DNA from: Smithella sp. M82
GTDB lineage: Bacteria; Desulfobacterota; Syntrophia; Syntrophales; Smithellaceae
Length of the DNA stretch: 64,000 nucleotides
Direction: 5' to 3'
Assembly (NCBI GenBank): GCA_001683985.1
Contig: MAEO01000181.1
Coordinates: 4,939 to 68,938, forward strand
The notes under the pieces are model-generated. The model ran no database searches and was not told where the DNA came from. It saw only the letters and a list, made by a program, of their open reading frames with translations. Made by a program: the position numbers and the translations under genes. Positions 30,218-41,259 of this stretch are shown here, piece after piece (positions within the stretch are counted from its first letter, which is position 1; every line of letters begins with the position of its first letter).

Positions 30218-30292
30218 TGGGGCGTCGTCAAGCGGTAAGACACAGGATTTTGGTTCCTGCATTCGGAGGTTCGAATCCTCCCGCCCCAGCCA
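30218..30292 (+). tRNA. tRNA-Gln(TTG)
   Basis: TGGGGCG acceptor stem, anticodon arm CAGGA-TTTTGGT-TCCTG, GGTTCGAATCC T-arm, 3' CCA; canonical ispE-tRNA-prs position. Confidence 0.97.
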
Positions 30293-30314
30293 ATAAATTG
30301 CGGAGTATATTCAA

Positions 30315-31256
30315 ATGTTAGAAAGAATTAGGGTTTTTTCCGGTAATGCCAATATTGAACTGGCTGGAAAAATTTGTGATATACTTGGTGTCCCGTTAGG
30401 AAAGGCTAATGTAACAACTTTCAGTGATGGTGAAACGCGCGTTGAAATAGACGAGAATGTAAGAGGTATGGATGTTTTTATCATCCAGTCTACTTGTCCG
30501 CCTGTAAATGTAACTTTGATGGAGTTGCTTATTATGATTGACGCGATGAAAAGAGCATCAGCGGACAGGATTACAGCTGTGGTTCCTTATTACGGATATG
30601 CCAGACAAGACAGAAAAGTTGCGCCCCGTGCTCCTATTACGGCGAAGTTGGTAGCGGATTTAATTACAACCGCCGGAGCCAACCGGGTTTTATCCATGGA
30701 TTTGCATGCCGGTCAGATTCAGGGTTTTTTCAATATTCCCGTCGATAATCTTTTTGCCAAGCCTGTATTGCTGGACTACATGAAAAAAAATTATATAGAC
30801 AATACAATCGTTGTATCGCCGGATACGGGCGGTGTGGAGCGCGCCAGATCTTTTGGAAAAAATCTGGGAGCTTCTCTGGCGATTATTGATAAAAGAAGGG
30901 AAGGGCCGAATGAAGCCGAAGTTATGAACATTATCGGAAATGTTCAGGGCAAGAGAGTAATTATTCTTGATGATATGGTCGACACGGCCGGAACAGTAGT
31001 CCAGGCAGCCAAGGCCTTGAAAGAAGCAGGCGCTTTGGAAGTTTGTGTCTGTTGCACGCACCCTGTTTTATCCGGACCGGCACTCGAGCGGATTGAAAAA
31101 TCCGAAATTAAAGAAGTTCTTGTAACCGATACAATTCCGCTGAACGAACGGGCAAATAATTGTAAAAAAATAAAAGTTTTATCGGTATCCGGAATTTTAG
31201 GCGAAGCTGTACGTCGCATTTATTATAATGATTCCGTAAGCTCATTATTTATATAG
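30315..31256 (+). CDS. prs: Ribose-phosphate pyrophosphokinase
   Basis: [35 protein letters not shown]. Confidence 0.98.
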   Translation: MLERIRVFSGNANIELAGKICDILGVPLGKANVTTFSDGETRVEIDENVRGMDVFIIQSTCPPVNVTLMELLIMIDAMKRASADRITAVVPYYGYARQDRKVAPRAPITAKLVADLITTAGANRVLSMDLHAGQIQGFFNIPVDNLFAKPVLLDYMKKNYIDNTIVVSPDTGGVERARSFGKNLGASLAIIDKRREGPNEAEVMNIIGNVQGKRVIILDDMVDTAGTVVQAAKALKEAGALEVCVCCTHPVLSGPALERIEKSEIKEVLVTDTIPLNERANNCKKIKVLSVSGILGEAVRRIYYNDSVSSLFI

Positions 31257-31265
31257 GAGGAACAA

Positions 31266-31949
31266 ATGGAAGTAACAGATTTAGCGGCTCAAGTCCGTAA
31301 AGAACACAAGAAAGGACCGGCGCGCCGTTTACGGCAAAAAGGGTTGGTCCCGGCTGTTTTTTATGGACGTTCCGCCGGGAATATTTTACTGACAGTAAAG
31401 AGTGATGAACTCATTAAACTGCACAAAAATAAAAAAGACCATGCGTTTATCAAACTGATAATTGATGATGGCGGTGATAAAAAGATGGAGAAACTATCAT
31501 TGATTAAAGAGTTGCAGGTTCGGCCATTGACTGGAAAACTGTATCATGCGGATTTTTACGAAGTAGATGAAAAACGCAAGATCACAATGGATGTCTCTTT
31601 GCGTTTTGTGGGCAAGGCTGTTGGTGTGGAAAATGGCGGTGAGTTGCAGCATATAAAACGAGAAGTAAAGGTTTCTTGTCTGCCATTGAATCTTCCGGAT
31701 CATATCGACGTTGACGTAACCAATCTTGGTATAGGTGATTCTCTAAAAATCAGAGATTTGAAAATTGATGAAGGGATAACCGTTTTGGATCGTCCTGACA
31801 CGGCAGTGGCGGCGGTTGCGGTAGTCAGGGTTGCCAAGGTTGAAGAGGCGGCAAAAGAAGAGGCGGCAGTTGAAGAAGGCGCTGCAGCGGCTGAAGGTGA
31901 AACCGCCGCCGCAGCTCCTGCGGACAAAGATAAAGAAAAGGGAAAATAA
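31266..31949 (+). CDS. rplY: 50S ribosomal protein L25/Ctc
   Basis: ARRLR..G.VPAVFYG, HADFY, GGELQ, acidic tail. Confidence 0.95.
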   Translation: MEVTDLAAQVRKEHKKGPARRLRQKGLVPAVFYGRSAGNILLTVKSDELIKLHKNKKDHAFIKLIIDDGGDKKMEKLSLIKELQVRPLTGKLYHADFYEVDEKRKITMDVSLRFVGKAVGVENGGELQHIKREVKVSCLPLNLPDHIDVDVTNLGIGDSLKIRDLKIDEGITVLDRPDTAVAAVAVVRVAKVEEAAKEEAAVEEGAAAAEGETAAAAPADKDKEKGK

Positions 31950-32058
31950 ATCGTTTACCGATAGTTACAGATATTTGGATAATGAAATGTGCTTTCCTTT
32001 GATTTAAAAAAAATATTTTCCCGGCGCGGTAATAAGCGGTAATAAAAGGAAGCAGGCC

Positions 32059-32628
32059 TTGTACTTAATAGTTGGTTTGGGAAATCCCGGCAGGCGTTAT
32101 AAGAATACAAGGCATAACATCGGTTTTATGGTTTTGGAAAAACTTGCCGCTAGTTGGGATGTGGATTTAAAACAAAAAAGTTTTGATGCTCTTTGGAATA
32201 GAGGTAAAATTGCCGGTAAAAATGTAATATTGGCAATGCCTCAAACATATATGAACTTAAGTGGTAATGCGGTAAAAAAACTGCTTGCTTACTTTAAAGG
32301 GGATGTAAATCAGTTAATAGTAATTCACGATGATCTTGATTTACCTTACGGCGCGGTTCGTCTCAAGACCGGTGGAGGAAATGCAGGTCATAAAGGCTTG
32401 ATATCTATTTCTACATGCCTCGGATCCGGTGATTTTATGCGGGTTAGATTAGGCATCGGCAAACCTGCCGACAAATCCGATACTGAAGAATATGTATTGC
32501 GCCCTTTTAATAAAGAAGAAGTCAGTGTATTACCGGAAATCATTCAATCGGCAGCCGACGCTGCAACTGAAATTGTTTTAGCTGATATTCAAACAGCTAT
32601 GATGAAATATCACACAAAACATAGTTAA
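32059..32628 (+). CDS. pth: Peptidyl-tRNA hydrolase
   Basis: LIVGLGNPG, TRHNIGF, PQTYMNLSG, HDDLD, GHKG. Confidence 0.97.
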   Translation: MYLIVGLGNPGRRYKNTRHNIGFMVLEKLAASWDVDLKQKSFDALWNRGKIAGKNVILAMPQTYMNLSGNAVKKLLAYFKGDVNQLIVIHDDLDLPYGAVRLKTGGGNAGHKGLISISTCLGSGDFMRVRLGIGKPADKSDTEEYVLRPFNKEEVSVLPEIIQSAADAATEIVLADIQTAMMKYHTKHS

Positions 32629-32649
32629 TTTATTAAAGGAGGATGGGTA

Positions 32650-35088
32650 ATGTTACAAAAAAAGCGTAGTATCTGGACATTTTTATTAAGTAGTATGGTT
32701 TTTCTTTTGTTTGCTGGTACAGCGTTAGCCGGTGAAGCAGACATTAATCTGCCGGATTTAACGCAAGTCAGCTTTATGGGAGGGGCGCTTTCCGGGTTGA
32801 CTATTCTTAATGCCGGATTGATCATTTGTGTCATCGGAATGATTTTCGGTATTATACAATATGTGCAAACCAAAAATCTGCCCGCACACAAGGCAATGCT
32901 GGATGTTTCTCAGACAATTTGGGAAACCTGCAAAACCTATTTGTTCCAGCAGGGCAAATTCCTCGTTGCGTTGTGGATTTTGATTGCCGTCTGTATCGTT
33001 TACTATTTTGGAGCGTTGCAGAGTAAAGTAGTTTCGGACATCATCATCATTCTTATTTGTTCGATTTTGGGTATTCTGGGATCTTATTCTGTTGCCTGGT
33101 TCGGTATCCGAATCAACACAGTGGCCAATTCCCGTGCTGCCTTTGCATCACTTAGCGGCAAGCCTTTAAACATAGTCAACATTTGTCTGCGTTCCGGTAT
33201 GAGTGTTGGACTACTGCTGGTCAGCATTGAACTTTTCTTCATGATCATCATTCTGGCTTATATTCCCAAAGAATTAGCCGGTCCCTGCTTCATTGGATTT
33301 GCGATCGGTGAATCGCTGGGAGCTTCCGCTCTGCGTATCTGCGGCGGTATCTTCACCAAGATTGCCGACATCGGGTCCGACCTGATGAAAATCGTTTTCC
33401 ATCTCCCGGAAGATGATCCCAAAAACCCCGGAGTTATCGCCGACTGTACCGGTGACAACGCGGGTGACAGCGTCGGCCCCACGGCAGACGGTTTTGAAAC
33501 TTATGGTGTTACCGGTGTTGCGCTGATCACTTTCCTGGCTCTGGCTCTGGCCGGAAATCCCGAAATGGGCGGTAAGTTGATTGTCTGGATTTTTGCCATG
33601 AGAATTCTCATGATCCTGACCTCTCTTGCTTCTTATTTTGTCAATGATGTTATCAGCAAGGCGGCTTTTGGCGGCAAGAAAGAATTCAACTTTGAACAGC
33701 CGCTGACCAACTTGGTCTGGATTGCGTCAATTGTTTCCATTGCTGTTACTTTTGTCGCCAGCTATTATCTGCTTGGCGGCCTCACAGAACAGTATGCCGA
33801 TTTATGGTGGGCTCTGGGCGCCATCATCAGTTGCGGAACCATTGCCGGCGCATTGATTCCGGAATTTACCAAAGTATTCACCAGCACTTCTTCTCGTCAC
33901 TGCGAAGAAGTTGTCAACGCCTCCAAGCAAGGCGGTCCTTCTTTGAACATTCTTTCCGGTCTGGTTGCCGGTAATTTCTCCGCCTTCTGGGAAGGTCTGA
34001 CCATCATGCTCCTGATGTTGATTGCCTACTTGGTATCCAGGAACCCGGCGGTTATGGCTTTGATGCCCACGGAATTTACGTTTGCCGCTCCGGTCTTCGC
34101 TTTCGGTCTGGTGGCCTTCGGTTTCCTGGGTATGGGTCCTATAACCATCGCTGTGGATAGCTTTGGACCGGTATCCGATAATGCTCAGTCCATTTACGAA
34201 CTGTCTTTGATTGAGTCACGTCCCGATGCCAAAGATGTTGTGAAGAAAGAATACGGCATTGCGCCCGATTTTGAACTGGCCAAGCACTTCCTGGAATCTG
34301 CTGATGGCGCGGGTAATACATTCAAAGCCACAGCCAAGCCCGTGTTAATCGGTACGGCTGTTGTCGGCGCTACCACAATGGTGTTCGGTATTATCATTCT
34401 ACTCGAACATCTCTTCGGCAATGTTGTCGCCAAACTGTCTCTGGTACAGCCGGAAATAATTTTGGGCTTGATCATGGGCGGCGCGGTTATCTACTGGTTT
34501 ACGGGCGCTTCCATTCAGGCGGTTACCACCGGCGCTTATCAGGCGGTTGTGTTCATCAAGAAGAACATCAAGCTGGATAAAGCAGAAGCCTCTATTAATG
34601 ATTCCAAAAAAGTTGTGCAGATTTGTACCCAGTATGCCCAGAAGGGTATGATCAACATCTTCATCGTTATCTTCTTCATGTGTCTGGCGCTGGCTTTCTT
34701 TAACCCCTACTTCTTCATCGGTTATCTGATCGGTATCGCTTTCTTCGGTCTGTTCCAGGCTATCTTCATGGCCAATGCCGGCGGTTGCTGGGACAACGGC
34801 AAGAAGATTGTGGAAGTTGACCTGAAGATGAAAAACACGCCGTTGCACGAAGCCGCCGTTGTCGGCGACACCGTCGGCGACCCCTTCAAAGACACCTCTT
34901 CAGTTTCTTTGAACCCGGTCATCAAGTTCACGACCCTGTTCGGATTGCTGGCCACGGAAATTGCGGTGACCATGACCAATCAGAATTTAAAGACCGGGTT
35001 GGCCGTAGCATTCTTCTTGATTGCTTTAGTATTCGTATATCGTTCTTTCTACAATATGCGAATTTCTGAGGAGAAACTTGACGGATAA
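32650..35088 (+). CDS. hppA: Membrane-bound proton-pumping pyrophosphatase, divergent K+-independent type
   Basis: GGIFTKIADIGSDL, EDDPKNPGVIADCTGDNAGD, GNTFK, GDTVGDPFKDTS. Confidence 0.92.
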   Translation: MLQKKRSIWTFLLSSMVFLLFAGTALAGEADINLPDLTQVSFMGGALSGLTILNAGLIICVIGMIFGIIQYVQTKNLPAHKAMLDVSQTIWETCKTYLFQQGKFLVALWILIAVCIVYYFGALQSKVVSDIIIILICSILGILGSYSVAWFGIRINTVANSRAAFASLSGKPLNIVNICLRSGMSVGLLLVSIELFFMIIILAYIPKELAGPCFIGFAIGESLGASALRICGGIFTKIADIGSDLMKIVFHLPEDDPKNPGVIADCTGDNAGDSVGPTADGFETYGVTGVALITFLALALAGNPEMGGKLIVWIFAMRILMILTSLASYFVNDVISKAAFGGKKEFNFEQPLTNLVWIASIVSIAVTFVASYYLLGGLTEQYADLWWALGAIISCGTIAGALIPEFTKVFTSTSSRHCEEVVNASKQGGPSLNILSGLVAGNFSAFWEGLTIMLLMLIAYLVSRNPAVMALMPTEFTFAAPVFAFGLVAFGFLGMGPITIAVDSFGPVSDNAQSIYELSLIESRPDAKDVVKKEYGIAPDFELAKHFLESADGAGNTFKATAKPVLIGTAVVGATTMVFGIIILLEHLFGNVVAKLSLVQPEIILGLIMGGAVIYWFTGASIQAVTTGAYQAVVFIKKNIKLDKAEASINDSKKVVQICTQYAQKGMINIFIVIFFMCLALAFFNPYFFIGYLIGIAFFGLFQAIFMANAGGCWDNGKKIVEVDLKMKNTPLHEAAVVGDTVGDPFKDTSSVSLNPVIKFTTLFGLLATEIAVTMTNQNLKTGLAVAFFLIALVFVYRSFYNMRISEEKLDG

Positions 35089-35114
35089 GAATCTGAGAGT
35101 TTCAAATTATTATT

Positions 35115-35147
35115 AAAAAAAGCGCCTCAAAATGAGGCGCTTTTTTT
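35115..35147. terminator. Bidirectional intrinsic terminator
   Basis: A-tract, GCGCCTC-AAAAT-GAGGCGC, T7. Confidence 0.9.
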
Positions 35148-35154
35148 GCCTATG

Positions 35155-35739
35155 TTAATGCCGAACTAAATGGCCAAGCTTAATATAATAAAATGGATAG
35201 AATAAAGCTAAGTCGAACGGCCACATCGTTTTAATCAGGTAAATCACATACGAATTTACGGCGTTTGAGATACGCGTAATCAAAGAAAGATCAAGAGATT
35301 TTACGTAATTTGATGATGAATTGATGACTATATCGCCAAACAGAGCCGGATCGTTAGCAGGGGAGATTTCGGATGACGTTGTTTTGTCGTGTGCCTCGGT
35401 TTCCGAAGAAGATGGTCTTGTATCTGATTCTGAGAGTTTGTCTATCTGATCGGATATCTGTCCCGTAAAAAAATCAGAGACTTTATATTGCACATGGTCA
35501 AAACGAGCTTCCCAGAAGGCAGTTACGATGTCTCCTTCCGGTTCTGTTGCCAATATAGAATACCTGTGAATGATCGATAATACTTCCCGTATTTCTTCCA
35601 GTTTTATCCCTTCATTGAATTCCAGCCATTCTACGTCACGGAAAAGAGTAAAAGGCAGAGTTCCTTCTTCCGGTTGTCCGGTGAGAACCTCAATGCCCTG
35701 ACAAATTACCCGATTCCTTTCAAATTCAATTCTGATCAA
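35155..35739 (-). pseudogene. Internal fragment of a larger conserved hypothetical (probably HEAT-repeat) protein
   Basis: LFRDVEWLEF..GI...EI..., DIVT.FWE..F.HV.Y segment; no clear start or RBS; degenerate tail. Confidence 0.45.
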
Positions 35740-35857
35740 ACGTGATTAGTATATGGAGAAGAATTTTTTATGTCAATAAAAATAGAAAAATACTGTTGAA
35801 AATACGTTTTACATATGACAATCTTTTTATAAATAAATACTTTAACCGGGAAATTTT

Positions 35858-36997
35858 ATGTTTGGTCGGCCGATAAGTCTTTTCAGAATTTTAGGATTCG
35901 AAGTAAAAATAGATGTAAGCTGGATCGTTTTGGCGGCTTTGATTATCTGGTCGCTGGCCAGTGGTCTTTTTCCTGCATATTATAAGGATCTCCCCTCCGC
36001 CGCTTACTGGTGGATGGGAGTTGCCGGTGCGGTGGGTCTTTTTTTATCCATAATTGTTCACGAATTAACTCATTCGCTTGTTGCCAGATATTACGGCATA
36101 CCCATGAAGGAAATTACTCTATTCATTTTTGGCGGTGTTGCCCACATGGAAGATGATCCTCCCAGCCCTAAAGCCGAATTTATGATGGCCATAGTTGGCC
36201 CTCTTTCCAGTTGTCTAATGGGGATACTCGTTCTTTCTCTTTATGCTTTGGGAAAAAACAGCGGCTGGCCGGTGACGGTAATTGGTGTTTTGAATTATTT
36301 GATATGGTTAAATATAATTCTGGCTGTGTTTAATTTGGTTCCTGCATTTCCTCTGGATGGAGGGAGAGTCTTACGTTCCGCTCTCTGGAGCTGGAAAAAA
36401 GACATCCGCTGGGCAACCAGCTTTGCCGCAAGGATTGGATCCGGGTTCGGAATTTTATTAATTATTATGGGAATATTCTATATAGTCAAAGGCAATTTTG
36501 TAAGCGGCTTATGGTGGTTTCTGATCGGCATGTTTCTTCGTTCAACAGCGCAAATGTCCTATCAGCAGCTCTTGGCGCGCAGCCTTTTTAACACAAAAAA
36601 AGTAAAGGAACTGATGGTTAAAGATCCGGTGACCGTGCCGCGTTCCATATCATTGGAGGAATTCGTTCGGGATTATGTTTATAAACACCATTTTCAGATG
36701 TATCCGGTACTTTCTTTCGGTAGATTGACAGGATGTATTTCCGTCAAACAAATAACATCAATTCCCCGCGAGGAATGGGCAAACTCCACAGTAGGAGCAA
36801 TAGCTATGCCTTGCAGCAAAGAAACGACTGTAGGGCCGGATGAGGATGCCAATAAAGCACTGGCGATCATGAATCGCACAGGAAACAGCCGATTGTTGGT
36901 AGTCAGGGAAGATAACCTGGAAGGCATTATTTCGTTAAAGGATATGATTAATCTTTTATCCCTGAAAAGGGAATTGAATGACCTGGAGAAAAAATAG
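35858..36997 (+). CDS. Site-2 protease (M50) with C-terminal CBS pair
   Basis: HELTH, NLVPAFPLDGGR, two CBS repeats. Confidence 0.92.
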   Translation: MFGRPISLFRILGFEVKIDVSWIVLAALIIWSLASGLFPAYYKDLPSAAYWWMGVAGAVGLFLSIIVHELTHSLVARYYGIPMKEITLFIFGGVAHMEDDPPSPKAEFMMAIVGPLSSCLMGILVLSLYALGKNSGWPVTVIGVLNYLIWLNIILAVFNLVPAFPLDGGRVLRSALWSWKKDIRWATSFAARIGSGFGILLIIMGIFYIVKGNFVSGLWWFLIGMFLRSTAQMSYQQLLARSLFNTKKVKELMVKDPVTVPRSISLEEFVRDYVYKHHFQMYPVLSFGRLTGCISVKQITSIPREEWANSTVGAIAMPCSKETTVGPDEDANKALAIMNRTGNSRLLVVREDNLEGIISLKDMINLLSLKRELNDLEKK

Positions 36998-37007
36998 AGC
37001 ACGGCGG

Positions 37008-37173
37008 GGCTGTTGAAAAAAGCTCATTTGCTGTGTTGCGCTGCAAACCGCACCGCTCGACATTATAATACGTTGAGGACCCGGCATACGCCGGGCAAGA
37101 TGCCGACAACGACCCCGGCCTGCACCGGGGCAGGCTGCGCCAACAAAGATAGCGCTTTGATTTAGAATTGGTA
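37008..37173. repeat. Composite MITE-like repeat between convergent genes
   Basis: Reverse complement shares CCA(A)TTCTAAATCA...GCGCTATCTTTGTTGGCG and GGCATCTTGCCCGGCGTATGCCGGGTCCTC with 50551-50620. Confidence 0.75.
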
Positions 37174-37176
37174 TCT

Positions 37177-38187
37177 CTAGCAGATTCTTGGCACCAGTTC
37201 GCCCGTCGGCAAATCAATCATGCGTTCTCCGCCGATAGATGTTTTAAGCACGACTCGTCCCTGCGTTGCTTTTCTGACACTACCGATGACGGCTGCATTG
37301 CGTCCGTATTTGTGTTTATGCATTGTTTTAAGTATTTTGTCAGCATCAGATTTCGGACAGAACAAAATCATTTTGCCTTCATTGGCCAGAAAGAGCGGAT
37401 CAAAACCCAGGATTTCGCAGATGGCCAGTACGTTATCCTGAACGGGAATGCTTTTTTCATCAACGTTTATGAACACCTGCGCACTTTTGGCGATTTCCGC
37501 AAGAATTGCGCCGAGTCCTCCGCGTGTCGCGTCGCGCATACAGTGCACATTAGGACTGACTTTCAATATTTCGGCGATTAAACCATTGAGCGGTGCGGAA
37601 TCGGACAACATATCAGATGAAAGCGATAGATTTTCTCTTGCTCTAATAACAGCTGCGCCGTGATCGCCGATTGTTCCGTTAACAATAATCACATCGTCCG
37701 GCCGGATATTTTTTACTGAAAGAGTGCCTGGATATTCCACAATGCCTATACCGGAAGTGTTAATAAAGATTCCATCTGCCGCGCCGCGTGCGACTACTTT
37801 GGTGTCTCCGGTAACAATTTTTACATTGGCTTCGGCAGCCGCTTCACTCATTGTTTTGATGATGGTTTGCAGGGATTCAAACGGGAATCCTTCTTCCAGA
37901 ATAAATCCGCAACTCATATAAAGCGGCTTTCCGCCGCAGACAGAGAGATCGTTAACAGTGCCATGCACGGCCAGGGATCCGATGTTGCCTCCGGGGAAAA
38001 ATACTGGACTTATAACGTAGGAATCGGTTGTAAAACAAAATTTATGGTTTCCGATAGTCAGGACGGCGCTGTCTTCCAAGCGCTCCAGATAAGGATTTTT
38101 AAATCGGGGCAGAAAATATTCGGAGATAAGTTCATGGGATAGAAGTCCGCCATTGCCATGTTCCAAAAGTATTTTATCGTATTTCAT
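37177..38187 (-). CDS. hypE: Hydrogenase maturation protein HypE
   Basis: HGNGG, TTDSYV, GTVNDL, GDTKVV, MRDATRGG, C-terminal PRIC. Confidence 0.98.
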   Translation of the reverse strand: MKYDKILLEHGNGGLLSHELISEYFLPRFKNPYLERLEDSAVLTIGNHKFCFTTDSYVISPVFFPGGNIGSLAVHGTVNDLSVCGGKPLYMSCGFILEEGFPFESLQTIIKTMSEAAAEANVKIVTGDTKVVARGAADGIFINTSGIGIVEYPGTLSVKNIRPDDVIIVNGTIGDHGAAVIRARENLSLSSDMLSDSAPLNGLIAEILKVSPNVHCMRDATRGGLGAILAEIAKSAQVFINVDEKSIPVQDNVLAICEILGFDPLFLANEGKMILFCPKSDADKILKTMHKHKYGRNAAVIGSVRKATQGRVVLKTSIGGERMIDLPTGELVPRIC

Positions 38188-38221
38188 TTTAACAACCTTT
38201 CTTAATTTAATATTTCCAATA

Positions 38222-38286
38222 TGTCATGTCCGAATGATCTTACCGGCTATCAGGCGGTTTTGAATTTTCGCCTGTGCGGGATGACA
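38222..38286. repeat. Degenerate TGTC-tagged REP doublet
   Basis: TGTCAT...CGCCTGTGCGGGATGACA between hypF and hypE. Confidence 0.5.
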
Positions 38287-38296
38287 TTTTCAAATA

Positions 38297-40606
38297 TTAC
38301 GCCAATCCTTTCTTAATCATTGAAGCGGCGGCAACTGCCTGACCTAAAGAAATACCGCCGTCATTAGCGGGAACCTGTTTGTGGCAGTAAACATCAAAAT
38401 CCGCATCCTTTAGTTTATCAATAGAGCCTTCTAACAAAATTTTATTTTGAAAACAACCGCCACTTAACACTACGCGGTTGAGTCCGGTCTCCGTGCGCAT
38501 TTCATTTGCCATATAGACAAAAGCATCAATGATCGTTTGGTGAAATGAAGCGGCAATTTTTGTGGCGCTTCGGCCTGCTTCCATTTCGGCAACGACAGCC
38601 TTAATTATATCAGTGATATCCAGAATATAAGGTTTGCCGTTCTGGCGAATGATTTCAAAAGAGTAGGGCTTGTCCGAAGAATCAGTCGCCAGCATTTCCA
38701 AATTCATAGCTGCCTGTCCTTCAAAGCTGACTTGCCTGCGTGAACCGATCAGAGCGGCTACGCCGTCAAAAAGTCTGCCCAGTCCTGAAGACAGAGGCGA
38801 ATTGATTTTGCCGTCAATCATTTTATCGAGCAATTCAAGCTGATTTTTGTTCGGAATCAGATTTAAATTCAGAGCTGTTTTTCTCCATGATGGCCCGTAA
38901 GCTGTTTTGATAAGACTTGCGGCTATGCGCCAGGGTTCATGGATGGCTTTTTCTCCTCCGGGCAAAATGATATATTGAAAATGACCAAAGCGTTCAAATT
39001 CTGTTTCATCGGCAACCAAAAATTCTCCGCCCCAGGCGGCGCCATCCAGGCCGTAACCGGTTCCGTCCATTGCCAATCCTATGAGTTTTCCTCCGATTTG
39101 ATTTTCTGCCATGCAACTGACAATATGAGCGTGATGGTGTTGAACTCTTATCACTTTTTGGGCATTAAGTTCCTGTGCCGCCTTGGTTGAGTAATAAGCC
39201 GGATGGCAATCGCACGCGATAATTTTAGGGTTTGATTCGGTAATTCTTTTCATAAGGGTGATGCTTTCATGGAAAAAGTCGCGTGCCTGCGGAGTTTCCA
39301 TATCTCCGATATGCGGGCTGACAAAGGCAAAATTTCCTTTCAAAATACAATGGGTTGTTTTTAGTTGCCCGCCTAATGCCAGAATTGAAGGATAAGCGTC
39401 TTTCAGCCGGAGCGGTTGAGGAATATAGCCGCGTGAGCGCCGAAGCAAACGTGGTTTTTCGGAGACTACAAAAGTAATAGAGTCGTCACAGCGCACCAGA
39501 ATATCACGGTTGTGTACCAGAAAGTAATCGGCAATGCCCTGCAAACGTTGAAGCGCTTCTCGATTGCCAATGCAGATGGGCTCGTCCACCTGATTGGCGC
39601 TGGTCATAACAAGCGCCGTGAAATTATTTTCCAAAAGTAAATGATGCACCGGCGTATAAGGCAGCATTATGCCGAGATTGGGGACATCCGGCGCTACCAA
39701 ATCGGATATGAGATTACTTTTTATTTTTTTGAGAAGAACAATCGGCCGCTGAGGTGATGTCAGCAGTATTTCTTCGCTCTTGCTTATTTTAGCAATTTGT
39801 TTTGCCTTGTTAATATTGCTTGCCATAATGGCCAGAGGTTTTTCCTCGCGATATTTGCGCGAGCGTAGTTTTTTTACAGCATCGTCACTTCCGGCATCCA
39901 CACTTAAGTGAAATCCCCCCAATCCCTTGATGGCCAGAATATTGCCTGATGAAAGAAGGCCGATGGCCGTTCTGATCGAATCATCTGTTGCAACAAGATT
40001 ACCTGCTGCATCCAGGAGTTTTAGTTGCGGGCCACAGACGGGACAAGCATTGGGTTCCGCGTGAAATCTCCGATCGGCAGGGTTTTCGTATTCGAAACGG
40101 CATTTCTCGCAAAGTTCAAAGCAGGACATTGAAGTATTGACGCGGTCATAAGGAATCGCGTTAATGATGGTCAGGCGCGGGCCGCAGTTAGTGCAGTTGG
40201 TAAAGGGGTATCTATATCGTCTGTTTCGAGAATCGAAAAGTTCCTGCAGGCAGTCAGGGCAGGTGGCCGCGTCCGGTGTGATATGTACGTCTGCATGACC
40301 ATGTGCAACGCTGGGAATAATTTTGAAAGAAGTGTCGTTGCAGACCTCAACATTGGAAGATTCCAGTTGTGTAATGTTCGCCAGCGGTGGAAGTTCATTT
40401 TTGACACCGGCTAAGAATGATTCTAGCTTTTCAGAAACTCCTTCTACTTCTGCAATCACTCCTTCCGGAATGTTTTGCACAAAGCCGGTTAGTGAGTTTT
40501 TCAAGGCCATCCGGTAGATAAACGGACGAAAGCCGACTCCCTGCACAATGCCGGAAAAAAGATAACGGATTCTTTTTTTGGAATTTTTATTTCTTTTTGA
40601 ATTCAT
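38297..40606 (-). CDS. hypF: Carbamoyltransferase HypF
   Basis: GIVQGVGFRPF, CxxC zinc fingers, KGLGGFHL, HHHAH, DGTGYG, NDGGISLGQ. Confidence 0.98.
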   Translation of the reverse strand: MNSKRNKNSKKRIRYLFSGIVQGVGFRPFIYRMALKNSLTGFVQNIPEGVIAEVEGVSEKLESFLAGVKNELPPLANITQLESSNVEVCNDTSFKIIPSVAHGHADVHITPDAATCPDCLQELFDSRNRRYRYPFTNCTNCGPRLTIINAIPYDRVNTSMSCFELCEKCRFEYENPADRRFHAEPNACPVCGPQLKLLDAAGNLVATDDSIRTAIGLLSSGNILAIKGLGGFHLSVDAGSDDAVKKLRSRKYREEKPLAIMASNINKAKQIAKISKSEEILLTSPQRPIVLLKKIKSNLISDLVAPDVPNLGIMLPYTPVHHLLLENNFTALVMTSANQVDEPICIGNREALQRLQGIADYFLVHNRDILVRCDDSITFVVSEKPRLLRRSRGYIPQPLRLKDAYPSILALGGQLKTTHCILKGNFAFVSPHIGDMETPQARDFFHESITLMKRITESNPKIIACDCHPAYYSTKAAQELNAQKVIRVQHHHAHIVSCMAENQIGGKLIGLAMDGTGYGLDGAAWGGEFLVADETEFERFGHFQYIILPGGEKAIHEPWRIAASLIKTAYGPSWRKTALNLNLIPNKNQLELLDKMIDGKINSPLSSGLGRLFDGVAALIGSRRQVSFEGQAAMNLEMLATDSSDKPYSFEIIRQNGKPYILDITDIIKAVVAEMEAGRSATKIAASFHQTIIDAFVYMANEMRTETGLNRVVLSGGCFQNKILLEGSIDKLKDADFDVYCHKQVPANDGGISLGQAVAAASMIKKGLA

Positions 40607-41246
40607 CGATACGTTGAGTCAGCCATGCAATCCAGGCCTCAAGTCCTTCGGCAGTTTTGCAGGATACTTCAAATATCTTCAGTTTTTTATTAAGAGACAA
40701 CGAATCACGTCGGGCTTTTTTCAGGTCGAAATCAATATACGAGATTAAATCCATTTTGTTGATCAGAAGCGCCGCTGATTCCTGGAACATAAGTGGATAT
40801 TTGGCCGGTTTGTCTGCGCCTTCGGGCGTGCTGAGCAGCATAACCTTGATATTCTCGCCGATTTTGAATTCAGCGGGACAGACAAGATTGCCGACATTTT
40901 CGACAATGAGAAGATCGATTTTATTCAAGTCAAAAGAGGGTAGGGCTTCGCGGATCATATTGCCGTCAATATGGCAGGCGCCGCCGGTGTTGATTTGAAC
41001 TACGGGAATTTTCAGTTTAGCGATACGATCGGCGTCGTAAGTATCCTGAATATCTCCTTCAATAACAGCGATTTTGTATTTATTTTTAATTGCCTTGATG
41101 GTTTGTTCGACAAGCGATGTTTTGCCGGCGCCAGGAGAACTCATCAGATTGATTACAAAGATTTTATGCTGGTCGAAGAGCTTTCTGTTTTCTTCGGCTA
41201 TTCGATCATTGGCATCGAGAACTTTTTTTACAACTTTTACTTTCAA
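40587..41246 (-). CDS. hypB: Ni-insertion GTPase HypB
   Basis: SSPGAGKT, TGGACH, ENVGNLVCPA, NKMD. Confidence 0.97.
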   Translation of the reverse strand: MKVKVVKKVLDANDRIAEENRKLFDQHKIFVINLMSSPGAGKTSLVEQTIKAIKNKYKIAVIEGDIQDTYDADRIAKLKIPVVQINTGGACHIDGNMIREALPSFDLNKIDLLIVENVGNLVCPAEFKIGENIKVMLLSTPEGADKPAKYPLMFQESAALLINKMDLISYIDFDLKKARRDSLSLNKKLKIFEVSCKTAEGLEAWIAWLTQRIDEFKKK

Positions 41247-41259
41247 TGTATGACCTCCG

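Noticed and set aside
30218-30292. tRNA-Gln as an island attachment site
   Set aside because: No duplicated 3' tRNA fragment or integrase, and conserved ispE-tRNA-prs order
32026-32045. GCGGTAATAA tandem pair upstream of pth
   Set aside because: Two 10-bp copies only; a simple slippage duplication with no further support
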